NCBI GenBank assembly: GCA_963745075.1
Contig: CAVUWV010000015.1
Coordinates: 128,001-192,000 of the forward strand
Direction of reading: 5' to 3'
DNA from: Candidatus Hydrogenedentota bacterium
GTDB taxonomy: Bacteria > Hydrogenedentota > Hydrogenedentia > Hydrogenedentales > SLHB01
DNA length: 64,000 bases
Shown: positions 41,101-49,990 of the stretch, piece after piece
Layout: every line of letters starts with the position of its first letter
Numbering within the stretch: the stretch's first letter is position 1
The notes under the pieces: generated by a model
Seen by the model: only the letters and a program-made list of their open reading frames with translations
Told to the model about the DNA's origin: nothing
Databases searched by the model: none
Program-made: the position numbers and the translations under genes

Positions 41101-42274
41101 CCGAGCCGAGCAGGATCGAGAAGACATCCAAAAGCAACTGTTTCAGGCGCAGAAAATGGAGGCGGTCGGGCAGCTCGCCGGGGGTGTGGCGCACGATTTC
41201 AACAACATCCTGCAAGCCATGATGGGATATACTCAAATGCTCGTGGATACGGCGATTGCAAACGGCGATCCGTGTGAAGAACTCGAAGAAATTAACAAGG
41301 GAATCGATCGGGCGGCGACGTTGACACGCCAATTGCTGGCGTTTAGCCGCCGTCAAATCATGCAACCCCTGCCGATGGACCTCAACGCGGTCATCGAGGA
41401 CATGCTGCGTATGCTCCGGCGGGTCATCGGGGAACACATCCGGTTGGCGTGGCTTCCCGGGAACCATGTCGGACAGGTCTATGCGGACGTCGGCATGATG
41501 GAGCAGATACTGATGAATCTGTGCCTGAACGGCCGGGACGCCATGCCAGATGGTGGCGATCTGACCATCGAGACCCAAAACGTCTTGATCGATTCCGAAT
41601 ACTGCGCCAACCATGCCTGGGCCAAACCGGGACGCTTCGTCCTGCTCACCGTCACCGATACGGGCTGCGGCATGAATCCGGAAACGCTCGATCGCGCATT
41701 CGAACCATTCTTTACTACAAAGGGCGAAGGCAAAGGAACGGGTCTGGGATTGGCGACGGTTTACGGAATCATCCAACAGCACGAGGGCATGATTTCCGCG
41801 TACAGCGAGGAAGGTACGGGATCCACTTTCAAGGTCTATCTGCCCCTGTGCGAACGCAAAGCCGAGACTGTAGGCTCGTTAATCGAAGGCCCGGTGACCG
41901 GCGGCACTGAGACGATTCTGATTGCGGAAGATGATGAGATGGTGCGCGGGTTAGCCGTAAAGGTCCTGGAACGGGCCGGCTACACGGTGTTGACGGCGCG
42001 AAACGGCGAAGAGGCCGTCGAACGGTTCAAGCAGCACAAAGACGATGTTGCCCTATTGGTCTTAGATGTGATGATGCCCAAGACTAGCGGTCACGACGCG
42101 CTCCTGCGAATTCACGCCATTCGCCCCGGTGTTCCCGCGCTGTTTTCGAGCGGCTATAGCGAAATGGCCGTCCATACGAATTTCGTCCTTCACGAGGGCT
42201 TGAAGCTTCTCCCGAAGCCCTACGCTCCAGCCGCGCTCCTCCGAGCGGTGCGAAACGCTCTCGACCAAGCCTAG
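38126..42274 (+). CDS. Hybrid sensor histidine kinase: two SBP family-3 domains, TM, two PAS, GAF, HisKA/HATPase, receiver
   Basis: DFPPF and NYPPYE SBP repeats, AHDFNN H-box, FEPFFTTK..GTGLGL, LDVMMP receiver. True start may be ATG 38207. Confidence 0.95.
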   Translation: MNVDGMQTRQPRESPNREGMRRGDRSRMDIRPRLRRVLRYAPAAWILTISMVFGTIVNAQDSAPASTDAKAPITSGCESDFPPFCIVDPDGEANGFSVELLRAALTAMGRNVTFRTGSWPDVRGWLERGEIQALPLVGRTPERESLFDFTFPYITMQGAIVVRNDTNDIRKMADLRGRNVAVMKGDNAEEFLRREDRGIQIVTTASFENALLALSEGRCDAVVMQRLVALRLIQETGLANLQVINKPLDEFSQEFCFAVHEGDRETLALLNEGLALVMADGTYRYLHAKWFAALELPMHRHIVVGGDYNYPPYEYLDENGQPAGYDVDLTRAIARELGLDIEIRLRPWAEILDGLAQGEIDAVQGMFYSPERDQLFDFTPPHAVNHCVSVVRTGEGAPPTMVAELAGKDIVVQRGDIMHDFAVDNGLTDRLTTVDSQEDALRELASGKHDCALVARMSALYWAKKNGWNNLRVGYRPLISPGYCYAVPNGHDALLAEFTEGLNVLKDSGEYQRIYDKWLGVYREEPVTLLTALRYSAMVLAPLLLILLLVFGWSWSLRKQVAHRTADLQKSEELQRAIVECSPVALFSIDLHGTVLMWNASAQRMLGWAADEVIGKPLPTIPEGKEEEFAFHRSQVANGQSFINKEIVRRKRDGSLFDGSLSSAPIRDSNGTIIGILTVMEDITERKQAVTALADRERQLATLMGNLPGMAYRCRNDADWTVLFVSDGAYELTGYRPEELQDNARVAYGNLVHPEDRDRVWKEVQSAIAESRPFILEYRITDANGDVRWVWERGLAVTPAGDDRILEGFISDITYRKHAEDRVDHLNRVLRAVRDVNQLIVRERDRDALIQQACRLLVDHRSYNAALIVLTDNDGRPHAWSEAGMGNGFPALAEMLERGELPACCASARDTDAPCLIADRDAICGDCPERGDDCESDTLCVRLAYSDTVYGHLAATLPHDIGQDAEERELFADLAGDLAYALNVMADRAARARAEQDREDIQKQLFQAQKMEAVGQLAGGVAHDFNNILQAMMGYTQMLVDTAIANGDPCEELEEINKGIDRAATLTRQLLAFSRRQIMQPLPMDLNAVIEDMLRMLRRVIGEHIRLAWLPGNHVGQVYADVGMMEQILMNLCLNGRDAMPDGGDLTIETQNVLIDSEYCANHAWAKPGRFVLLTVTDTGCGMNPETLDRAFEPFFTTKGEGKGTGLGLATVYGIIQQHEGMISAYSEEGTGSTFKVYLPLCERKAETVGSLIEGPVTGGTETILIAEDDEMVRGLAVKVLERAGYTVLTARNGEEAVERFKQHKDDVALLVLDVMMPKTSGHDALLRIHAIRPGVPALFSSGYSEMAVHTNFVLHEGLKLLPKPYAPAALLRAVRNALDQA

Positions 42275-42398
42275 CCCGGAATTCTCACACGCACGACACA
42301 CCTACCGTGTAACCACTGTGAGCACCATACCGTCTAACCACGACCAAGTTACCGGTCCGCAACAATTCAGCCTTCGGGCGGTGAGAAATGCGGACTAG
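42271..42398. mobile_element. 128-bp MITE-like element with terminal inverted repeats bounded by CTAG
   Basis: CTAGCCCGGAATTCTCAC vs reverse complement of GTGAGAAATGCGGACTAG, 15/18; the left CTAG contains the kinase stop codon. Confidence 0.7.
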
Positions 42399-42568
42399 TT
42401 CTTCCGAACTAAGTCGCGTCACCAAAACACGTTGCACACAAAATCCTCGATTCGCGGGCCGCGCCGGACCGGTCCATTTCTTTACATTTGCGAACGATTC
42501 TTATATGCTGCAATGGCTGCTTGTTGGAACTACTGGTGACCAAAATTGCGATGTGAGAGGTAGTCCGT

Positions 42569-44025
42569 ATGGATCCCATCCGCGATAATGAACTCCTGTT
42601 GACACGCCGCCACTTTTTTGGACGTTGCAGCGCCGGTATTGGCGTGGCAGCGCTGAGTTCCCTGCTGAACCCTCAGGCATTTGCGGCGCTGACGGACTCG
42701 TCCCATGGCGGCCTGGGGCAACCTCATTTCGCGCCGAAAGCCAAACGTATCATCTACTTATTCCAGTCCGGCGGCCCGTCGCAGCTCGACCTGTTCGACT
42801 ACAAGCCCGCACTTCAGGGTCAACACGGGAATGAACTCCCCGATTCGGTCCGGATGGGCCAGCGTCTTACTGGGATGACCTCGGGGCAAAGCAGCTTTCC
42901 CATGGTGTCCTCCATGTTCAACGTTCAACCAGCGCGGCCAGTCGGGCGCTTGGGTGAGCGATCGCATGCCGCACACTGGCGTCAATCGCCGACGACTTGT
43001 GCTTCGTGAAAACCGTGAATACGGAAGCGATCAATCACGACCCCGCCATTACGTTCATTCAGACCGGAAGTCAGCAGCCGGGCCGCCCGAGCGTAGGCGC
43101 GTGGATGAGCTATGGACTCGGCAGCGAGAACCAGGACCTGCCGGCATTCATCGTGATGCTTTCTCGCACGAGCATGAAACGTCCGGCGCAGGCCCTGTTC
43201 GATCGGCTCTGGGGCTCAGGCTTCCTGCCGTCGGAGTACCAGGGCGTGAAGTTCCGGTCGGGCGGCGACCCGGTGTTGTACTTGTCGAACCCGCCGGGCA
43301 TCGACGACGAGACGCGGCGCCGTATGCTGGACGGCCTGGCCAGGCTGAACGCGATGCAGTTCAAGGACTATTCCGATCCCGAAATCAACACGCGCGTATC
43401 CCAGTACGAGATGGCGTACCGCATGCAGGCCTCGGTGCCCGAATTGGCGGACACGTCGAACGAACCGGATTACATCTTCGACCTCTATGGCGACAAGGCC
43501 CGTCAACCGGGGACGTACGCGTCGAACTGCCTGCTCGCACGGCGCTTGGCCGAACGCGGCGTGCGATTCATTCAGCTCTACCACCGCGGCTGGGACCAGC
43601 ACAACAACCTGCCCAACGACCTCACCGAACAGTGCAACGACACGGACCAGGCTACGGCGGGCCTCATCACGGACCTCAAGCAGCGCGGGATGCTGGACGA
43701 TACGCTGGTCATCTGGGGCGGCGAATTCGGGCGGACGGTGTATTGCCAGGGCAAACTCACTGCGGAGAACTACGGCCGCGACCACCATGGCCGCTGCTTC
43801 ACGGTGTGGATGGCCGGCGGCGGGGTCAAGTCCGGCTGCACCTACGGCAAGACCGACGAGTTCGGCTACAACATCGTCGAGAACCCGGTCCACATCCACG
43901 ACCTGAACGCGACCATCCTGCACCTTATGGGGATCGACCACGAACGGCTGACTTACCCCTTCCAAGGCCGCGATTTCCGGTTGACAGACGTGCACGGAAA
44001 CGTGGTGCGCGATATCATCGCGTGA
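42569..44025 (+). pseudogene. Second DUF1501 paralog with two +1 frameshifts (about 42922 and 42978)
   Basis: Removing one base at each site gives [38 protein letters not shown], collinear with [38 protein letters not shown] of 35708-37150. Confidence 0.85.
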
Positions 44026-44075
44026 GGTGCGAGCGACTAGTGCCGGCAAGTGTGGTTGTTGATGTTCTGCACGTG

Positions 44076-44582
44076 CTAACGCGTGTCAAACTCGTATCGG
44101 ACCACATGATACGGTCCCGCCTGAAATTCGCTGTGCCGGACAAACCCGTTGCGTTCGTACACCGCGCAAAGCTTGGGCCTCGGCACGCAGTCCAGCCGCA
44201 GGAATTGCAAACCCAGTTCTCGCGTGTGAGCTTTAGCCCAATCGAGCATGGCCTTCGATAGTCCCGTGCCGGATGCGCACCGCCGCACGGCCAGCCGATG
44301 GATAAACGCGGATTCACCTTCTGGAACATCGGGCCAGAACATGTCGTCGCGCAGTTGAAAACGCAACGTACCGACCGGCTCCAAACCTTTCCACCCAAGA
44401 CAGTAAAGACCGGCCGCTATGTCGTCGGCGATGGAGTCCGGCGTCAGGTCCTCCAATTGCTACAGCGGTTGACCGATGGATTCCAGCCAACCAGCGGCCT
44501 CGGTCAGAATGGACGAGACATGCCCGGTATCCGAAGACGCGGCTCGCCGAATCTGAACTTCACTCGCATGCAGTTCCGTCAA
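44076..44582 (-). pseudogene. GNAT N-acetyltransferase with in-frame TAG at codon 41
   Basis: GGAGG 7 nt before TTG 44582; IRRA..ILTEAAGWLESIGQPL*QLEDL continues in frame to IHRLAVRR..SGTG..LRLDC..YERNGF; TAG at 44460-44462. Confidence 0.8.
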
Positions 44583-44620
44583 TGTTCTTCCTCCCGCGCA
44601 AGAGGTTAATCGCTGGCCGT

Positions 44621-46426
44621 TTACTCTCCGGGTTCCGGTAACGAAAAAGTCAGACCGGACAGGGGGAATCCATCGGCGTCCCCTATCCGGAAGTTCAGAC
44701 CCCAACTGCCATGGGCGTTCACGCTGGTGATGGTCAGGCGGTGCGTCCCGTTGGTGATCGAAATCGGCGCGTGGTATTCAAACAAATACCGATCCCGGTA
44801 CAGAATGCCATGGCCCTTCTCCGGATAGCTGAGGTGATCCAATACCACGTCATCGTCCAGGCGTACGCTGCCGCCGTCATCGAAGTTGGCCCAGATGAAT
44901 CCGTCCACATCGTGGTCGGCCGTGACCGTAGTTACGAGATAGACCGAGCAATCGTCCGTACGCCGGTAGTCGAATGCCGTACGCAACTGGACAGCCCCCG
45001 TGGGTTCGTAATTATGAAACGGAAACCAGTGGACGACTCCGTCGCGCCCTTGAATGGACTGCCAGGGGTCCACGGGAGCCGTCGCCGCTTCGGGCGCGGC
45101 AAATGCCGGGGACACAAAGGGATTGCTCAGGTAACCCAGGACCATCCAGTCCCCGGGGATTCCAAATCGTGCGCACAGACCGGCGGCGTCCAATTCGCCT
45201 GCGTCGAATGCGGCAATGGCCCCTATGAGATCCTTGATCCGCGCGTCTTCGATCGCCTCCTTTGATTTCAAGATATGATGCCAACCCGTGATCGCTGCAT
45301 CGGCGTTTTCGAAATTGGGGACAGGCAGCCCGTACTGCTGCCGCAACTCCGCGGAGGCAGGCAACCACACAGGCGTACCCGTAAACGACCAGATATAGCG
45401 ATTGGCCACAGCCCGCAGCGTTGCCATCTGCTGGTTCAGTTCCGCCAGTTCCTCTACCCATGGACGAACGGGGTAGTTCGCGCCACCCGTCTCGACCATG
45501 TGCAGCGGCCACACACCCGGCGCCACCGTGCACCGGCGTCTCCAGTAGTCGAGTGCATCGCCGGTCAACATCGCTTCGGCAGCACAATCGCCGACGCGCG
45601 CGATGGCCACCTGGGAAGCTGGATCGAGCAGACAATAGGAACGTTCGTATCCCAGATGCATACCGCCTGTTGCATCGCGCGCCGCCATAACGTCGAACAG
45701 ACCCATGGTATAGGCTTCTTCGATGGGTCGGCCGCGCAATTCCCCGGGAAGTAGAAACACGACCGCGTCCGGAAACGCGTCCAGCAATGCTTCCATGCAG
45801 ACGCGGCCCTGTTTGGCGGCCGCCGACAACAGATCATCGGCGGTGTACCCGTCGTAGGTGTAGAGGGGATGGTCGAGGGCGTACCGCTTGTACGGATACT
45901 CGACATCGATGCTGACGCCCCGAAAACCCAATTCCTTCGCAGCCTCGCCAATCGCGCCAAAGTGTTGCGCCAACTTCGCCGTGAACTCCGGGTCGAGAAG
46001 CGTCTCCGGCGAAGGCCACGGTTCCTCCTGACCGAAACAGAATGCCAACAGGCTTTCCGTCGCCCCTGCTTCGCGCAAATGCGCAACGTTTGCTTTAACC
46101 TGTTCCCGCCACGATGCGTCCTCGACCGCGCGATCGGGTAACCCCAAGCACCTCACGACACCCGAGTCCCACGATCCGATATTGAAAAACAGACCGTCGT
46201 ATAGCTCGGCCACCTCGGCCGCGTGATCGTCGAAATACGCAGTTGGGCCCGCCGAATAGGCCAACATCTTGGGCGGCCCGTCGCCGATCGCAACGCATAC
46301 GGCCGTCATCAAGAGCCCCATAAACAAGACTGAAACTGGTTTCCTGGAAACTGCCACTACGTTCTCCCCCTCATCACTGATGCAACCGAAAAGGTCCGCA
46401 CAACACACTAGCAGCAAGACAGCCAT
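44621..46426 (-). CDS. Hypothetical secreted protein, possibly carbohydrate-active, C-terminal PA14-like region
   Basis: Long ORF right after the SBP gene; likely start GTG 46357 after GAGGGGGAG; NFDDGGSVRLD PA14-like motif. Confidence 0.65.
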   Translation of the reverse strand: MAVLLLVCCADLFGCISDEGENVVAVSRKPVSVLFMGLLMTAVCVAIGDGPPKMLAYSAGPTAYFDDHAAEVAELYDGLFFNIGSWDSGVVRCLGLPDRAVEDASWREQVKANVAHLREAGATESLLAFCFGQEEPWPSPETLLDPEFTAKLAQHFGAIGEAAKELGFRGVSIDVEYPYKRYALDHPLYTYDGYTADDLLSAAAKQGRVCMEALLDAFPDAVVFLLPGELRGRPIEEAYTMGLFDVMAARDATGGMHLGYERSYCLLDPASQVAIARVGDCAAEAMLTGDALDYWRRRCTVAPGVWPLHMVETGGANYPVRPWVEELAELNQQMATLRAVANRYIWSFTGTPVWLPASAELRQQYGLPVPNFENADAAITGWHHILKSKEAIEDARIKDLIGAIAAFDAGELDAAGLCARFGIPGDWMVLGYLSNPFVSPAFAAPEAATAPVDPWQSIQGRDGVVHWFPFHNYEPTGAVQLRTAFDYRRTDDCSVYLVTTVTADHDVDGFIWANFDDGGSVRLDDDVVLDHLSYPEKGHGILYRDRYLFEYHAPISITNGTHRLTITSVNAHGSWGLNFRIGDADGFPLSGLTFSLPEPGE

Positions 46427-46429
46427 GGG

Positions 46430-47932
46430 TCACAAAGCAGATTCTACCGTTTCCCGCAATCCTTCCATGAATCGCTCCGCCGCCTCTTGGGGCGTCATTC
46501 GCTGGTAGACGACTTCCTCAATATACCCTTTGCCCTCCTTTTCGAGCCATTGGTCGATGGCGGTGCGGAGGATGGCGTATTGGGCGGTGTAGGGGTCCTT
46601 GGGCGAGAGGGGTTCTTCGACGACAGGGATATCGCTTTCCATGACTTCGGTGTAGAACCGGACCCAGGGGTCGTCCATGCGAACGAGTTCGGGGAAGAGA
46701 CGCGCGAAGGCATCGGTGTCCGGCGGGAGGTGGCGGAAGCGGCGGAGCTGGGAGCGCGCGAGGTGGGCCGGGTCGGCCAGGAACTTTGCGACGCGGAGGG
46801 CGTTCTCCGTGTGGGCGTCGCCTTTGTAGGGGGTCTGTTTGAGCACGGAGAACCCCATGACGCCCGCGCGCGGAGCAGGCCACATGCCGGAATCGTGGGT
46901 GGGCATCCAGATGACGCAGAGGTTCGGGGGCTCGCCGCTGACGACGCCCGCGGTGAAGTCGGCGTCCCACACGTCGCGCCAAAGCTTGGCCGACCACGGG
47001 GTCTCGCCGAAGGTCATGCCGAGGCGGCGGTGTACGTAGACCTCGTCGTTGATGTCGTTCCAGTTCATGCCGAAGGTCGCGGGGTTCCAGGTCTTGTCGA
47101 CATTCACGAGTTCATCGAACAAGGTCAGCACCTGTTCGACTGCATCCTCGGTCAGGCCGGGATGTAGTCCCCACTCCTTCGTGTCAGGATCCTGGTAGAG
47201 GAAATGGCGCAACGACACCTCCCTTCCCCAAATCCCAGGTCCAAACTCGTCAATAAAGAGATGCTGCAAATGGACGAGTGCCGCGCCGAACCCCCACGTG
47301 TCGTTTGTGCCGTCGCCATCGGTGTCGCGGGTCATGGCCTTGCACGCGGCACGAAACTGATCGATGGTCCAGCCATGCTCGCGAATCGCCCCGTCGTTGA
47401 AACCGGCGCCTGTCAACGCGGTGCGGTTGGCAAGCAACACGCCGCCGTAGGCATAGCGGTAGATGGGAAACACCGTCGGCCGGCCGTCGCGAACGATCGC
47501 GCGTCGCACCAGTGGTCCCATGCCGTCGAGTACCGAGTCGGGAAAGTACTTCTCCGGGATCGGCACGGAGAGGTCCGTGGCTTTGCCGGTGTACTGCAGG
47601 CTTTCAAGGGTTGCACGGCCGCCCATGCAGACGTCCGGCGGCTGGCCTGTCACAATGGCAACGCGCAGCTTGCTTTCGTATCCTGCATGACTCATCACCG
47701 CCATCTTGATCTTCACGCGTGGATTGGTTGCGTTCCACAAGTCGGCGAGCTGGTAGTAGTAGGCCTCGTCCGGCGAGCCGATGAGTTCGTTGATCCAGAC
47801 CGTGACGGTGTCGGTGCCGGTTGCCACATCGTCGCCGCCAACAGCGTGCTTCGGCGACTCGAGTACGGTCCAGAACCAGAGCCAGCTCAAGGCGAGGGCG
47901 ATAACCAAAATCACAATGAGAACCTGTTTCAC
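46430..47932 (-). CDS. ABC transporter sugar-binding protein (extracellular solute-binding family 1-like)
   Basis: N-terminal anchor, WNATNPRVKI..YESKL..GQPPDV, WTIDQF..DTDGDG..WGF; start set at GTG 47932. Confidence 0.85.
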   Translation of the reverse strand: MKQVLIVILVIALALSWLWFWTVLESPKHAVGGDDVATGTDTVTVWINELIGSPDEAYYYQLADLWNATNPRVKIKMAVMSHAGYESKLRVAIVTGQPPDVCMGGRATLESLQYTGKATDLSVPIPEKYFPDSVLDGMGPLVRRAIVRDGRPTVFPIYRYAYGGVLLANRTALTGAGFNDGAIREHGWTIDQFRAACKAMTRDTDGDGTNDTWGFGAALVHLQHLFIDEFGPGIWGREVSLRHFLYQDPDTKEWGLHPGLTEDAVEQVLTLFDELVNVDKTWNPATFGMNWNDINDEVYVHRRLGMTFGETPWSAKLWRDVWDADFTAGVVSGEPPNLCVIWMPTHDSGMWPAPRAGVMGFSVLKQTPYKGDAHTENALRVAKFLADPAHLARSQLRRFRHLPPDTDAFARLFPELVRMDDPWVRFYTEVMESDIPVVEEPLSPKDPYTAQYAILRTAIDQWLEKEGKGYIEEVVYQRMTPQEAAERFMEGLRETVESAL

Positions 47933-48043
47933 CAACGAATTATAACCTTTCGCGTAATCGTCCTGCAGAAATGACTGCACCGGGATTCTCCGTATATGCT
48001 CCCGGGTCAACCGCCCCGAAGGGGCCAAAATATGTCAGCCCAG

Positions 48044-49730
48044 CGCGGCATAGCCGCAACCAAAAGTGAGGAGATGAATGGCGTTTCCCCTTTGCAGATA
48101 CAATAGGTATCCGCAGTGGTCTAACACGAGAAGGAGAAACGCCATGCTTGAGTTTATGCAGAAGTACCGGGATAAAGCCAGTTCGATTCTGAGCGGTTTT
48201 GATCGAATCGTCTTTCGAGGGCTTTTGCGGTCTATAGTCCATCCAGACGGCATGAAAAGGCACTTGTCGCGGTGTGACGTTCCCCGCCGCAACTTCGGAG
48301 CCCATGTGGAGGAGACGACCAAGAAACTGAAAAAGGCCTCGTTGGCTCAGGCTGAACATCTGGATAGACCGGTCATCTACGTGCAATCGAGTCAAACCCG
48401 TAAGGAGACTATCGCCAGACAGGTACTCGCGGAGAATCCCGTCGATTCCGGTTTGCTGTGCGTGCTTTCTTGTGTGGAGCCCTGCATGACCTACGAGATG
48501 TATCGCAATCGGGAGGCCAAGAAACTGGAACTCGTCTATCGTCTGCGTAAGTGTCTCCACTTGTATCATTACTACGTCGATCCTCTGTTCGGCTTCATGC
48601 ATGCCCGCATCCAAACCTGGTATCCCTTTCACGTCCAAGTCTGTGTGAATGGACGGGAATGGCTGGCTCGGCGAATGGATGCCGAAGGTTGCAAATACAT
48701 CCGCTACGAGAACAGTTTCCCGCATCTAGAGGACCCGGAGCGCGCCCAGCAATTGCTCGATGAACTGGTCCGTCTCAACTGGACCGAAACCCTTCACGAA
48801 ATCGCCGCGCGGTTGAATCCTGCGCATCAAGAGATCCTCGGTCCCTATGCCCGCTACTACTGGACCGCTCACCAAACCGAATGGGCCACGGACATCACGT
48901 TTACCTCGGCCCAAGACCTCCAAGATATCTATCCTCAACTTGTCTGGGGCGCCATCACCACCTTTTCCACACGGCATGTCATGCGCTTTTTGGGCAAACA
49001 ATTCCAACGCCACTTTGCCGGCGAAGTCCAGAGCCATTATCACGACCGTCTCGACGGCCTCTCCGTCAAACATGCCGTCAACAACAATTCCGTCAAGATG
49101 TATGACAAAGGGGCCCAAATCCTTCGCATCGAAACCACCATCAACAACCCCCACGACATCCCGGTCTACCGGCCCAAGGAAGGCGGTGACCCCAAAGACT
49201 TGGCTCACCGTTCCATGCGCAAAGGCGTAGCCGATCTCGAACGGCGCACGCAGGTCTCTCAACGCGCCAACGAACGCTACCTCGAAGCCCTGACACCATT
49301 CGATACCTCCACTCCCTTGGCACAACTCCTCGCCCCCGTCACCAAAAGGGTCACCAAAAAAGGAACGACCTATCGCGGCCTGCGGCCTTGGGCACACCAA
49401 GACCTCGAACTTCTGCAAACCATCAACAAACCCGAGTTTCTCATCGCAGGCTTCCGCAACAAGGACCTGTCCGCCATCCTTTATCCCAAGGATCAGGGCG
49501 ACCTCCGTGCCCGACGCGCCGCCTCCGGTCGCGTCTCCTATCGCCTACGGCTTCTCCGAGCCCACGGTCTTATTGCCAAAACATCACGCACCCGTCGCTA
49601 CCAAATCACCACCAAAGGAACTCAACTATGCGCAGCCATACTCATGGCCCAACACGCAACTATCCAACAACTTACCCCCAAGGCCGCTTAGACAAATGCG
49701 AAAGTTTTTTACGATGTTTGCGGTTAGGGA
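48044..49730 (+). mobile_element. Single-gene IS-like element inserted in a REP arm
   Basis: CCCAG direct repeats at 48039-48043 and 49731-49735; left-end hairpin GCGGC-ATA-GCCGC; subterminal inverted repeat 48051-48062 / 49715-49726 (10/12); antisense to the ABC operon it interrupts. Confidence 0.82.
48144..49691 (+). CDS. Putative transposase of unassigned family (515 aa; YDK..LRIETT motif, C-terminal winged HTH)
   Basis: AAGGAG RBS before ATG 48144; GFDRIVFRG, SVKMYDKG..LRIETTINNP, FRNKDL..YRLRLLRAHGLIAK..RRYQIT; fills the element. Confidence 0.75.
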   Translation: MLEFMQKYRDKASSILSGFDRIVFRGLLRSIVHPDGMKRHLSRCDVPRRNFGAHVEETTKKLKKASLAQAEHLDRPVIYVQSSQTRKETIARQVLAENPVDSGLLCVLSCVEPCMTYEMYRNREAKKLELVYRLRKCLHLYHYYVDPLFGFMHARIQTWYPFHVQVCVNGREWLARRMDAEGCKYIRYENSFPHLEDPERAQQLLDELVRLNWTETLHEIAARLNPAHQEILGPYARYYWTAHQTEWATDITFTSAQDLQDIYPQLVWGAITTFSTRHVMRFLGKQFQRHFAGEVQSHYHDRLDGLSVKHAVNNNSVKMYDKGAQILRIETTINNPHDIPVYRPKEGGDPKDLAHRSMRKGVADLERRTQVSQRANERYLEALTPFDTSTPLAQLLAPVTKRVTKKGTTYRGLRPWAHQDLELLQTINKPEFLIAGFRNKDLSAILYPKDQGDLRARRAASGRVSYRLRLLRAHGLIAKTSRTRRYQITTKGTQLCAAILMAQHATIQQLTPKAA

Positions 49731-49990
49731 CCCAGGGCAACGCCCTGGGACTTTGCATGTCTCTTTGCGGAAAGCCCTGAAAGGGCGTGACAGAAATTCT
49801 GTCGTCTTGTCACGCCCTTTCAGGGCTTGTATTCCATTGCCATCCATGATCCCAGGGCGTAGCCCTGGGCTGTCATGTTGCGGCCCTTCGGGCCAAAATA
49901 GCGCTAAGAACGGCCTTCGCATCGCGTGGCTTACGTCGTGGCCCAGGCGCATGGCATCGACTGCCGCTGACACGTTCGCCTTCATTTCAG

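Larger units (their letters stand above)
48013..49894. repeat. REP/REPIN inverted-repeat structure split by the mobile element
   Basis: Left arm 48013-48043 joined to 49736-49749 matches the reverse complement of 49851-49894; inner pair AAGCCCTGAAAGGGCGTGACA / TGTCACGCCCTTTCAGGGCTT at about 49772-49828. Confidence 0.85.

Noticed and set aside
44460..44462. Genome-wide TAG recoding
   Set aside because: TAG terminates several clearly complete genes (e.g. ends at 4362, 15277, 42274, 49691).
48144..49691. IS110/IS1111, IS200/IS605 or group II intron assignment
   Set aside because: No DEDD RuvC-like N-terminus, no HUH motif, no TnpB zinc finger, no YADD reverse-transcriptase motif seen.
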